The translations under genes and the position numbers were made by a program. The notes beneath the pieces are model-generated. The model was not told the DNA's origin. It saw only the letters and a program-made list of their open reading frames with translations, and searched no databases. Below, in pieces: positions 1 through 11,289 of a DNA stretch of 64,000 nt (the stretch's first letter is position 1; each line of letters starts with the position of its first letter). Where the stretch lies: assembly GCA_951406725.2 (NCBI GenBank), contig OX597816.1, positions 53,568,001 through 53,632,000 on the forward strand, given 5' to 3'. This DNA comes from Octopus vulgaris. Lineage: Eukaryota.

Positions 1-370
1 ATTGTAATGATGTTAGGATTCTTGGATGTAGGTGGTATGTAGCTTCCTGGTGCAAAGGAGCAGCTGTTGTTGCAGCAGAAGGCAGTAGGGGAGAAGATAC
101 ACCACCTCTGTGAGCTAACAGTTGTAGTATGTTGGTGAATGGATCCTGGCTTATCTGTCAAATACCCCACTTTGGGATATGATCAAGGGTGTTATTGTGT
201 ACGTGCGTGTGTGGCAGCTATACTGTGTCAGATATGCAGTTTGCTTGTGACTTTTTTTAGAGGGTAAGTAGATGGATTATCTGAGTTCAGAGTTGAAATC
301 CTGAAGGAAAATGGTGCTTTGGCAATATATATATATATAAATATATGGAGGTGTAATTCAAATTCTTTTA

Positions 371-456
371 CTTCCGACACATGTTTCAAAGATATCACTG
401 ATATTATTCCAAAGGAATAAAATGGTGTAAAACATGTAATCTTCTCTTCAGGGAAA
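371..456 (-). ncRNA. Type I hammerhead ribozyme-like motif in a (TA)n-flanked module
   Basis: Minus strand reads TTTCC-CTGAAGA-GAAGAT...ATCTTT-GAAA-CATGTG-TC-GGAAG. It has a canonical CUGANGA/GAAA core, stem I TTTCC/GGAAG, stem II GAAGAT/ATCTTT, a palindromic ACATGT stem III and a GUC cleavage triplet. Confidence 0.7.
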
Positions 457-462
457 AATACA

Positions 463-502
<40 letters not shown>

Positions 503-505
503 AAT

Positions 506-552
506 AAAACTGTCCGACGAACGGGAACGTGAAACTCCGAGTAACAGGTTTT
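506..552 (+). ncRNA. Minimal hammerhead-like motif (U4C core variant)
   Basis: CTGT-CCGACGA-ACG-GGAA-CGT-GAAA-CTCCGAG-TA-ACAG. Stems I, II and III all pair, the triplet is GUA, and the core is CCGACGA rather than CUGANGA. Confidence 0.5.
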
Positions 553-579
553 GTTGAATTTCTGCTGCTTTTAAATAAA

Positions 580-619
<40 letters not shown>

Positions 620-920
620 TGTACAGAAAATGAAGACAAAAGACATGTGAAGGAACAACAAGCAGGTGTATTAGGTTGACACTCAGGAAAAACAGAAAAG
701 TCTTTGGCATTTCGAGCCTACACTCTCTGACAGAAAGGAATGAGAGGGAAAAAAAATGGAAGGAGGAAAAAAAATATGTTGGAATTAATAGTTCTACACA
801 CACATACACACAACCACACATACACACATAGTTGAAATTTATAGAAAAAAAAAGGTAAAGACAGGTGTATGATCAACAAGCAAGTGTATTAGTTTGACGC
901 TTGGGAAAATGAAAAAGTCT
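620..920 (-). mobile_element. Penelope-like pLTR-type repeat with degenerate hammerhead (702-737) and an internal direct repeat
   Basis: Minus strand CTTT-CTGTCAG-AGAGTGTAGGCTC-GAAAT-GCC-AAAG. The segment aacaagca(g/a)gtgtattag...tgac.ct occurs at about 656 and 875. Relatives lie at 25610-25812 and 39410-39520. Confidence 0.4.
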
Positions 921-939
921 TATATATATACATATATAA

Positions 940-1102
940 GGCACAGGAGTGGCTGTGTGGTAAGTAGCTTGCTAACCAACCACATGGTTCCGGGTTCAGT
1001 CCCACTGCGTGGCACCTTGGGCAAGTGTCTTCTGCTATAGCCTCGGGCCAACCAAAGCCTTGTGAGTGGATTTGGTAGACAGAAACTGAAAGAAGCCTGT
1101 TG

Positions 1103-1133
<31 letters not shown>

Positions 1134-1366
1134 ATATGTGTATGTGTGTGTGTTTGTGTGTCTGTGTTTGTCCCCCTAGCATTGCTTGACAACCGATGCT
1201 GGCTTGTTTATGTCCCTGTCACTTAGCGGTTCAGCAAAAAGAGACCGATAGAATAAGTACTGGGCTTACAAAAGAATAAGTCCCGGGGTCGAGTTGCTTG
1301 ACTAAAGGCGGTGCTCCAGCATGGCCGCAGTCAAATGACTGAAACACGTAAAAGAGTAAAGAGAGT
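940..1366 (+). mobile_element. tRNA-derived SINE family A, full length
   Basis: Head has A-box-like TGGCTGTGTGG and B-box-like GGTTCAGTCCC, followed by internal (TA)n(TG)n and a (AAAGAGT)n tail. There are more than 20 full or partial copies in the window. Confidence 0.9.
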
Positions 1367-1499
1367 ATATATTATACTCTGTGTGTGTGTGTGTGTGTAC
1401 ATGTATGTTGAAATAATCTCTGCTTGGGTTCCAGCCTTTGGAGTATCTGTGTCGGCTCTATCATTCACATGCAAAAATATACTTTGTGTTTTTTTTCTT

Positions 1500-1900
1500 T
1501 GATGGTTTATTATTGTTTGTTTTCTTTTTTTTTACTTAGTGGGTCTGGAAAATGGGACAGTGTCCATGGCCTACAGCAGACTTTCCAGGGATTGGTGAGG
1601 TTAATGCCATCAATGTTCCTACAGGGAAAAAACATGTAGTGAGGAGATACCAGCAGGCCAACATTCAGGGAAGGAAGACTGAATGTAAGAGTATAAAGGT
1701 TAACATGTTAACTGGGGTAGGGATTAAACACATGGCTGTTAAGAGGAGCTGAGATGAGTGAGTTAGACGGTGCCCGAGTGTAGGGAACACAAGGGGAACC
1801 ACAAGCAGGGAACAGAGGTCATTAAAGTTGTGGTAGAAAAGACAGTGGGAGGTGATTGTATAGGTGTGTGTTTGGGAGGAATTCTATGCTAATTAGTCAA
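1500..1900 (-). mobile_element. Degenerate repeat, probably Penelope-like; inverted relative to 3560-3930
   Basis: About 1780-1900 matches the reverse complement of about 3760-3905. Minus strand ggaacattg.gatggcattaac resembles the PLE C-terminal GTL(xP)DGIN motif. Confidence 0.35.
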
Positions 1901-1974
1901 ATGGCCCTTTTTTTTTATTTTTTGATGCAGTTTAGAATGCTTGTGTTAGTTTTAATGTTTGGGGGGTCATTTGT

Positions 1975-2208
1975 ATTCTTTTATTCTTTTACTTGTTTCA
2001 GTCATTTGACTGTGGCCATGCTGGAGCACTGCCTTTAGTTGAGTAAATCGACCCCAGGACTTATTCTTTGTAAGCCTAGTATTTATTCTATCAGTCACTT
2101 TTGCCGAACTACTAAGTTACAGGGATGTAAATACTCCAGCATTGGTTGTCAAGCAAAGGTGGAGGACAAACATAGACACACAAATATATACATATATATA
2201 TACACATG

Positions 2209-2244
<36 letters not shown>

Positions 2245-2387
2245 GCACTTCTTTCAGTTTCCATGTTCCAGATCCACTCACAAGACTTTGATCAGCCTGC
2301 AGCTATAGTAGAAGAAACTTGCTCAAGGTGCCATGCAGAGGGACTGAATCCAGAACCATGTGGTTGGGAAGCAAGCTTCTTATCACT
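1975..2387 (-). mobile_element. SINE family A
   Basis: Reverse complement of the 940-1366 family. Confidence 0.85.
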
Positions 2388-2408
2388 CATGTTGAATATT
2401 ATTAGGAA

Positions 2409-2798
2409 CTAGCAGTATCGCCCAGCGTTGCTCGGGTTTGTAAGGGAAATAACTATAAAGCATTTTTAGAGAGTTATAGCCAAAAAATAGCAAAAAAATG
2501 CATTAAAAATGGAAAAAAAATTAGAGTAAATTTTTTAAAAATCGTTGACTCATCGTAGACATTTTTAGAGAGTTACTTCCCTTATATAATAGCAAAAAAT
2601 GCATTAAAATAGAAAAAAATTATGTTAAATTATTTTTAAAATCGTAGACTCATCGTAGACACGCGCTAATACCCAGAAGGGCTCGATATGAATCACGACT
2701 ATAAGATACCCGGTTTTGGTTAAACTGCACCGCAAAATGTTGGAGTAGTTAGGAATCAAAATCGTAGGAGACAGACACTTCACTTTTATATATATAAT
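2409..2798 (-). mobile_element. Non-autonomous Helitron, copy 1 of head-to-tail pair
   Basis: Minus-strand 3' end has hairpin CCCGAGCAACGCTGGG followed by CTAG|T. The 5' end is TATATATAAAA...GTGTCTGTCT. Confidence 0.75.
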
Positions 2799-3463
2799 AC
2801 TAGCAGTATCACCCGGCGTTGCTCGGGTTTGTAAGGGAAATAACTATATAAGCATTTTTAGAGAGTTATAGCAAAAAAATGCATTAAAAATGGAATAAAA
2901 AATTATGGTAATTTATTTTTTTAATCGTTGACTCATCGTAGACATTTTTAGAGAGTTACTTCCCTTATATAATAGCGAAAAAATGCATTAAAATGGAAAA
3001 AATGATGGTAAATTTTTTTTTAAATCGTAGACTCATCGTAGACTCTTTCTTAGCCATTTCTGTTTTGGTGTCTTCAAGCCATGAAGTCGTTGTTCTAAAA
3101 GAACGCTGGTCTCCTTGACAATGCTTTACGACGTTGATTTCCTTACACTCCCTTCCCCACAGCTTCACGAGGGAGGGAAGAAGGGGGAGAAGCAAACAGG
3201 TGTATGTGTGACCATGGATGCCAACTCCGCCGCCATCGACACACGAAAAATTATGCATTAAAATGGAATAAAAAATTATGTTAAATTATTTTTAAAATCG
3301 TAGACTCATCGTAGACGCGCGCTAATACTCAGACGGGCTCGATATGAATCACGACTATAAGATACCCGAATTTGGTTAAACTGCACCGCAAAATGGAGGA
3401 GTAGTTAGGAATCTAAATCGAAGGGGACAGACACTCACACAACTACAGTTTTATATATATAGA
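2799..3463 (-). mobile_element. Non-autonomous Helitron, copy 2, with about 200 bp extra internal segment (3045-3245)
   Basis: 5' A|TCTATATATATAAAA, 3' hairpin CCCGAGCAACGCCGGG plus CTAG|T. Shares subrepeats with copy 1. Confidence 0.8.
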
Positions 3464-3559
3464 TTATATTTAAAAAATGGTTAGAATATTTTGTATATTG
3501 TAGAAGTATAATTCATTTTTGCCCACAAATTTCAACAGAATCTTATATGGATCCCCAAT

Positions 3560-3930
3560 GGGGTGGTGACAGTTGAGAATCACTACTGTAGAAGATATAA
3601 ATGGCTACTCCAGCTGGGAAAAGAGAAAAGAAACAATGATGATGTGATATGGTATACTTTTCAAGATACAAGAAGGTGAAGAATATAAAAGAGAATACAG
3701 ACAGAGGATCACAAAGAGTATGTGGTGAAATTCCTTTACTGAATATTGGATGTGGATTTTCTGACTGATTAGCATAGAATTCCTCCCAAACACACATTAG
3801 CCTGTAACACACAGCTATGCAATCTCCTCCCAATGTCTTTTCTACCACAACCTTTAACGACCTATATTCTTATCTGGTAGCTTGCCTTGTGTTTCCTACA
3901 CACAGGTACCTTCTAACTCATTCATCATCA
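3560..3930 (+). mobile_element. Degenerate repeat related to 1500-1900
   Basis: Inverted similarity to 1780-1900. Confidence 0.35.
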
Positions 3931-3939
3931 GCATGAAGG

Positions 3940-4840
3940 TCACAATTTGCATTTCATAGAAGCATGTATTGAGCATGAATAGGTGACAATGTCCTGAAAG
4001 CACTGCCATGTGGTTTCAATGTCAGTGGAACTGAGAGTGAAGGACCAGTCGATAAAAGACAGATCCTTTCTAATTGCTCCCCAGTCAGCTTTGTGAATGT
4101 TTATGTTGTGAAATAAGTGCAGTGGAGTGGGAGTCACTGGTTTGGTTTTGGTATGCCAGAAATTAAAGTTACAGAATATCATGTTGTGGTCTAAGAGGAG
4201 AATCTCTTCAATTGAAATGCTGTGAATGGAGCTCAAGTGGTTTGTTAATATCAGATTCAGGATCGTTATATTGTTTTGTTGGTTCGAGCACTAGCTGTGT
4301 CAGGAAAAATTCATGTATTAGATTAAAGAGTAATTCTGCTGCTGCTTTATCTGGTGCAGTGCAGTTGCCTAACTTCAGAGTATTTGTGGGCCACTTTAAA
4401 TAAGGGAGGTTTAAATCACCCATGACCAGTATGTTTCCAGAGTAGTATTTTTGAAGGAAGGACTTGATTTTGTTGAGGCATTCTTCAAAGCACTTTGGAG
4501 GTGCTTGGGGAGGCCTATAGAGACCAACAATGGTTATGTCATTGACCTTGTTGAATAATAATATGGATTCACAGTAGCCACTGGAAAATAGTTCCTTGGC
4601 ATCAATTGCAAAAGAATCATGGAGAAAAATGATCGTTCCTCCTTTATTTCAGTCTGAATGATCTGCATGGATGATGGTAAAATTTTTTTTACTTTCACCT
4701 CAGCATCCATGTGAGTGTTGTTTAGGTGAGTTTCTGTAAGGATAAAGAAAGGGATGCAATGTGCTGGTTTGGCAAGCCAACTCTCTATGTGTGAGATGCC
4801 ACGAACATTTAGCAAGAATGTCAAAGCAAGGATGGTTTGT
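3940..4840 (-). pseudogene. CR1/L2-group LINE ORF2 apurinic endonuclease domain, decayed; RT absent
   Basis: APE motifs LTETHL, IVGLYRPP, VMGDLNLPYLKW, LTQLVLEPT and LDHNMI across frameshifted frames. Confidence 0.85.
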
Positions 4841-5189
4841 TGTTTGTATTGTTCTATGTGCTTAGTCTTATGTGATATGTTGTTCAGAGGTAGCACTGAG
4901 GATAGTTTTTATAGGGAGCTGTGTGAGTTGGGTGATGTTCTAGATGGCTGCTGGTAGTTCATTGGATTTCCTGGCTTAGGTCAGCCTTCATATTTTCTAG
5001 ATAAGTTAGTAAAAATGAGTTTCCTCTTTCGTTAGCCACTTGGTCAGATGATACATTATCCATGTTTATGTTATTTGGTGCTATGGTTTTCCCATAGTTC
5101 TATCTTTGTTGTTTGATTTCGGGAGGTGAAATGTATTGTATTTTGTTTTTGTTGTTGCATTCCTCTGTTGCTGTTTATTTTCATTTTTA

Positions 5190-6014
5190 TTTCATTTTGT
5201 ACCTTTTAGATGGTAGTAGTTGCATTCCAGGTTCAGGCACATCCTTAGAGACACAGAAGTCACAGTTTATGATGGAAGAAGGTACACCTGTTGCCTTTTG
5301 TACATCCATATTTAGGATCAGGGCCATGGACTCTGTATTTGGGATAGTATTTGGGGTGAAGATGAGGGCAGTTTTTTTCCCAGTTAAGCCATATGGACAA
5401 GTGCCTTTAACAAGTCTACAGCATAAGGTAGGATGGAAGAAAGGGCAGTGTTCCTTGTTGTTGGTGTTCCTGAGGCCAAATCTGCAATTACCTTTGGAAT
5501 GGTAATGACAGGATTTTTGAAGTGGTTACAGAAGAGCTTTTTCTATATTGTCATGTGAGGTCAAGGGAAATTCATTGGTCAGTGTTCCTAATGGAATAGC
5601 AGTAGCAGACTGTTATTGTTGAGGCGGTAGTGAATCCTGGCTTACGACAGTAGGGTTGGGTGGAATTAGGTCAGATAGCAATACCAAAGGAGATGTTGTT
5701 TCTTGCTGGCTAACAGGTTGTTGAGGTGACCCCTGATTTGTTACCATGGGTTCAATTGGTGCTCTACATCCATTGACCAATATAACTTCTAGTATTTCCA
5801 AGTGCATGTGTACAATATGAAATTATTTTGTGATTTCTTTTATTTTGTTCTTGATCTGCTTTTCAGATCTGTTAAAAGACTGTGAAGCTAATTTTTCAGC
5901 AATTTTATCATAAACATTAGTTGTTTCATCAGCATTGTGGTAAGTGAACCAGGCATTTAAAAGTGCACTAATTTCATTTTCTACCCAGTGGCGTTTTAAA
6001 ATATTATTGGCTAT
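5190..6014 (-). pseudogene. LINE ORF1 relic: Myb/SANT-like domain, P/Q/S/T-rich linker and tandem CCCH zinc fingers
   Basis: Manual translation gives RHWVENEISALLNAW...VYDKIAEKLASQSFNRSEKQIKNKIKEITK, then in frame CHYHSKGNCRFG...CPFFHPTLCC...GTCPYG. After frameshifts come CPHLHP, GCTKGNRCTFFH and CLNLECNYYHLKGT. It lies directly upstream of the APE domain. Confidence 0.7.
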
Positions 6015-6169
6015 ATACAGCAGATAGAGTAGTATTATACACTGTATGTTAGTTATTGCTGATTTGATGTATAATCATGTATGTGCTGTATATGAATGTA
6101 TGTGTGTGTGAATATATATATATATCTGTGTGTGTGTTAATATATAGATAGATAGATAGATAGATAGAT

Positions 6170-6241
<72 letters not shown>

Positions 6242-6339
6242 GGATGGATGAATGGATAGATGGATTGATGGATAGATAGATAGATAAAACTTACTTGAAA
6301 ATGGATGCATGGCGTTCAATCATATAATAATATAAATAA

Positions 6340-7515
6340 TAATTTATATGCATACATATAAACACATATGTACCTATATATATACATGTATATACACATG
6401 CATAGATGGGCACAGGACACCACAGAACATAAACAACATGACATACAAAAACATGGAATACAAACATTTTTTTTGCAAACACCGAAAGAAACAAAAGGAA
6501 AACAAGACAAGTAACATAAAAAAACGACTCTTCATCGGTTTTCAGCCGTTTTTCTATTTCATATTTCAAGCAATTCAGGACAAGATATGTTTTCAACAAA
6601 ACAGTTGCTCCCACAAAGCCAATTAAATAAAATTGGGATTTTGCGGAGGGTCAAAGTTGATAACAAAAACAGGTCAGTGAAAACAAATAGGAAGGGCTGC
6701 TAAGCCTGAAGAAGTTGAGTTGGTGAACATGGAGGAACAAGCTCTGACAGGTGACAGATAAGAATGTGTCTTATCCCTGCGGCTGATCAGAAAGAAAGAA
6801 AGAAATTCAAATAGGAAAAGAAAGATGGCCGATGGTCATGTGTGAACAACAAGATGCAACACTTATCCTATCTGTTTCTCTTTTCCTCCCCTCTTTCGTT
6901 TCCTCTCTCTTCCTCTCTCTAATTCTTTTTTATCTCCCCTTCTTCTCCTCTCATTTTTTCTTCTCTCATCCATTCTCTAATTTTTTTCCTCTCCCCTTCA
7001 CTGTTCTCTGTCTGTCCCACTCTCTCCCTCACACTTCCACCTTTGCTCTCTCGTTGTTCGCACATGACCATCAACCATCTTTTCCTATTTAAATTTCTTT
7101 CTTTTTTCCTGATCAGCCGCAGGGATAAGACACATTCTTATCTGTCTCCTGTCAGAGCTTGTTCACCAACTCAACTTGTTCAGACTTAGCAGCCCTTCCT
7201 GTTTGTTTCCACTGTCATGCTTTTGTTATCAACTTTGACCCTCCGCAATATCCCAAATTTTATTTAATTTGCTTTGCAGGAGTAACTGTTTTGTCAGAAA
7301 CGTATCTTGTGAATTGCTCGAAATACAAAGTAGAAAAACAGCCGACAACTGATGAAGAGTAATTTTTTTTTCATTTTGCCTGTCTTTTCATTGTTCGCAA
7401 AAAAAAAGTTTGTATTCCATCTTTTCGTATTTCATGTTGTTTACGTTCTGTGGTGTCCTGTTCCCATATATGCATGTGTATATACATATATATGTATGTA
7501 CATATGTGTGTATGT
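6340..7515. repeat. Long inverted repeat (arms about 6340-6852 and 7050-7515) of a PLE-like non-coding repeat with a pyrimidine-rich spacer
   Basis: For example gacagataagaatgtgtcttatccctgcggctgatcag matches ctgatcagccgcagggataagacacattcttatctgtc. Similarity extends over roughly 500 bp, and both arms end in microsatellites. Confidence 0.85.
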
Positions 7516-7528
7516 ATGCATATATATT

Positions 7529-7560
<32 letters not shown>

Positions 7561-7613
7561 CTGTGTGTGTGTGAATATATATAGTCATATATATATATGT
7601 ATGTGAACATATG

Positions 7614-7650
<37 letters not shown>

Positions 7651-8566
7651 ATATATGTGTGTATTATATATACAACAGGCTCCTTTCAGTTTCAATCTAC
7701 CAAATCCACTCACAAGGCTTTGGTAAGTCCAAGGCTAGTGTAGAAGACACTTGCCCAAAGTGCCACACAGATAGCAACAAGCCAATTTCTGTGTGGTGTC
7801 TTTCCTACTAGAAATAGAAGCCAAATCTTCATCAAACCACACCCTACTGTTTTAAATAAATAAAGAACACATTAGATTATATCGACCTAGATATCTTTTA
7901 AATTATTGAACAACAGCAGTAGAAATTTCTTTGAACATCTGTCTGGTTGATCATTGTTGACCCGGGGTTAAACAGAAACAATGGCAATAAAGCTGTCTGT
8001 TTGCAGTATATGGTGGTTTTAATCCCGTCTACTAGATTGGAGTAAACAGCGAGAAAATTAATCAATTAAATTAATAAAACAAGGGGTTAAAACACAGTAA
8101 GAAGTAAGCAGTCCTTTTAGTACATATGTATAATTATTGTCACATGAATTACCATTATTAGAACAAGACACAGAGAAATAATGGAATGTCTGTAGAATTG
8201 AAGTAATCAACAAGTATCATTGTGTTGTCAGCATAGCTCTACATCACAATGCTTGTAATCAGCACTTCTGCATTGTAACCTGATGTAGAGGAAATACAGC
8301 TATCAGCTAAACACTGATTTAGACCTTCTGGTTCCAAATGATCTGAAACCAATCCTGGTTATATGATACGATTTCAGTTTTAAAATTGTGTTAAATAAAA
8401 CCTTCCATCGAAATTTCATGTTAAATTTATGTTCCAAACACCAACTTAACCCTTTAGCATTCAAATTATTCTATCAAGTGTAATGTTTATTTATTTGCAT
8501 TAATCAGACATTATCTTGTATCCTTTTATTTTTTTTTTTTTATTTTTTTATTCTTTTACTTGTTTT

Positions 8567-8805
8567 AGTGGTTAGGGTGTCAGCATCATGATCGTAAGAT
8601 TGTGGTTTTGATTCCTGGACCGGGGGACGCATTGTGTTCTTGAATAAAACACTTCATTTCACGTTGCTCCAGTCCACTCAGCTGGCAAAAATGCTTAACG
8701 CTGAGATGGACTGGCATCCCACCCAGCTGGGGAACACATACACCATTGAAACTGGGAAACCAGGCCCATGAGCCTGGCTAGGCTTTAAAAGGGTGCATTT
8801 ATTTT
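8567..8805 (+). mobile_element. tRNA-derived SINE family C
   Basis: TAGTGGTTAGGGTGTCAGC...TTGATTCC head; matches 26500-26752. Confidence 0.8.
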
Positions 8806-8967
8806 TATTTATTTATACTTTTTTCAGTTATTTGACTGTGACCATGCTAGAGCTAAGCTACAGGGATATAAACACACCAACACCAGTTGTCACAGACAGA
8901 AAGACATACACACTATATATATGTATGTGTGTGCGTGTGGTGTGTGTGTGTGTGTGTGTGTGTGTGT

Positions 8968-9243
8968 AAGTGCTAATTTTTCAACCAGATTAAACAAATG
9001 TTTGATGCCATATAATTACTCCTCATCAAGTCCGGAAGAAATTTTCACGAAGTTGAATGGAGGGGAGATGTTGTGGTGATAGACATTAACACCCCTGTGT
9101 GATTAAAAGATGGACTGATTGGACTCTTATAATGAGTAACATTATTGTTGAGATGACAGGTGTTTGGAGTCTCATGTAGCAGTAGTCAAAGTACATACTA
9201 TGAATACATTGTTTTACCTCAGCTCCATTAAATCATATATCCT
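8968..9243 (+). mobile_element. Gypsy RT fragment fused directly to PPT and LTR
   Basis: Encodes SPEEIFTKLNGG, then GGGGAGA|TGTTGTGG. Homologous to 15548-15822. Confidence 0.75.
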
Positions 9244-9274
9244 TTTGTATAAATATATATATATATATATATTT

Positions 9275-9878
9275 ATCATCATCATCATCATCATCATCGT
9301 TTAACGTCCATTCTCCATGCTAGCATGGGTTGGACGGTTCGACCGGGGTTCTGGGAAGCCAGAAGGCTGCACCAGGCTCCAGTCTAATCTGGCAATGTTT
9401 CTACTGCTGGATGCGCTTCCTAACGCCAACCACTCCATGAGTGTAGTGGGTGCTTTTTACGTGCCACCTGCACAGGTGCCAGGTGAGGCTGGCAACGGCC
9501 ACGGTCGGATTGGTGTATTTTATGTGCCGCCGGCACGGAAGCCAGTCGAGGCGGTGCTGGCATCGGCCACGAGTCGGATAGTGCTTTTTACGTACTACCA
9601 GACCAGGGATCCTGGCTGGTTCAATTCGATTTCGATTTCGATTTCGCTTGCCCCAACATGTCTTCACAAGCAAAGGGGATTGGCATGGGTGCCTGTCGTA
9701 TGGTCGGATTGGAGTATTTTACGTGCCACCGGCACGGAAGCTTGTTGAAGCGGCGCTGGCATCGGCCACGAGTCGGATAGTGCTTTTTACGTACCACCAG
9801 ACCAGGGATCCTGGCTGGTTCAATTCGGTTTCGATTTCGCTTGCCCCAACATGTCTTCGCAAGCAGAGGGGGTTGGCA
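9275..9878 (-). mobile_element. RTE LINE 3' end (3' UTR with tandem repeats, (GAT)n tail)
   Basis: (CAT)n-CGTTTAACGTCC start is the reverse complement of the tail at 55655-55690. About 190 bp is internally duplicated. Confidence 0.8.
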
Positions 9879-10184
9879 TATTTATATATTTATATATATA
9901 TATATATATGCTCTTTACAAGATCAGCGACTGTGTGTCGCTTTAAAAGTATATACTGTGAGCAAGAGCGAGTGATTGCTATCTCTAGCCAGCAGTTGCCC
10001 TATACCAAGGAAGGGAAATTACCCAGAAACCATTGGTCCACAGGTATTGTTACAGTTAAGAAGGGGGCAGTAGACTCCCTTGCTCCCTGTATACATAGAT
10101 CATGTGTTGGTAGCTAGTTGGAGAAGATATTTTCCTGGGGCTAAAAAGTAGGACTGCCACATGGCATTGGCAGATAGACTTTAC

Positions 10185-10223
<39 letters not shown>

Positions 10224-10224
<1 letters not shown>

Positions 10225-10381
10225 CAACAGGCTTCTTTCAGTTTCCATCTTCCAAATCCACTCACAAGGCTTTGGTCAGCCTGAGTAAAAGACACTTGCC
10301 CAAGGTGCCATGCAGTGGAACTGAACCCGGAACCATATGGTTGGGAAGCCAGCTTCTTACCACACAGCCATACCTATGCCT
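10224..10381 (-). mobile_element. SINE A head; matching 3' pieces at 8522-8566 and 8815-8910
   Basis: Family match. The split pieces are collinear on the minus strand. Confidence 0.75.
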
Positions 10382-10997
10382 TTGCATCTTTGAGATTTCG
10401 ATGACGTGATTGTTTATTTTTAGACTGACATTGTAGGATAGGTGTGAGAAGGTGTTTCTGACCAATCTGAATGTAAAACAGGTAGAATATTTTGGCCAGG
10501 TATAGCTGGCTTAAATGCTAATGGGTTAATCATGACAGTTATTTTACTAAATTCTGCATTATTTTCAAAACTTATTGAGACAAAAGCAGTCTATTTCAGT
10601 AGAAATATGATAAGGAAACGGTAAACCAATTCACGCAGGAACAAACTAATACAAAGTGCAACATGAAAAAGTGACTTTGAACAAGTTTTCCAAAACTTAT
10701 CTCATTACTGAAGCCTTATACGATTCTCAGAAAAATCACAAGACCAGTATTTTTTGGACAAATGCCATTCACTGAAATAAAAAGTATGTTTTAGAGAGAG
10801 AATTTATTCATGCCTGTGTGGGTTAAGAAGTTTCATTCAAAACCACCTGGACTCAAGCTCAGTCCTATTGTGCAGTACCTTATGCAGATGCTTTCAACAA
10901 TAGCTCGAGGTTAGCTAATGCCTTACAAACGAATTTAGTAGAAGCATATTATATAAAATGCATTATTTATATATGTATGTATGTATCTATCTATCTA

Positions 10998-11069
<72 letters not shown>

Positions 11070-11090
11070 TACACTTTCATTTGCCATATA

Positions 11091-11277
11091 TATCATCATC
11101 ATCATCATCGTTTAACGTCCGTTTTCCGTGCTAGCATGGGTTGGACAGTTCGACTGGGGTCTGGGAAGCCAGGAGGCTGCACCAGGCTCCTGTCTGTTCT
11201 GGCAGTGTTTCTACAGCTGGATGCCCTTCCTAACGCCAGCTACTCCGTGAGTGTAGTGGGTGCTTTTTACATGCCAC
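11091..11277 (-). mobile_element. RTE LINE 3' end, 5'-truncated
   Basis: (CAT)n-CGTTTAACGTCCG...GGATGCCCTTCCTAACGCC. Confidence 0.8.
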
Positions 11278-11289
11278 ATGTATATAACT

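Larger units (their letters stand above)
8450..10525. mobile_element. piggyBac-type MITE family 2, interrupted by about 1.9 kb of nested insertions
   Basis: TTAA-CCCTTTAGCATT ... AATGCTAATGGG-TTAA. The halves 8450-8521 and 10385-10525 match the intact copy at 37033-37252. Confidence 0.75.
8317..10625. mobile_element. TTAA-type MITE family 1, split at its internal TTAA (halves 8317-8449 and 10526-10625)
   Basis: Joined halves match the intact copy at 35220-35440 (...aacac.a.c TTAA ...agttattttactaaattc). Confidence 0.65.

Noticed and set aside
940-1010. tRNA-like sequences at SINE heads
   Set aside because: They have A/B boxes but no complete cloverleaf, and are continuous with SINE bodies.
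889-1192. Recurrent ORFs such as RGYSRRHLPKVPRSGTEPGTMWLVSKLLTTQP
   Set aside because: Antisense translation of the SINE A head, repeated wherever the SINE occurs.
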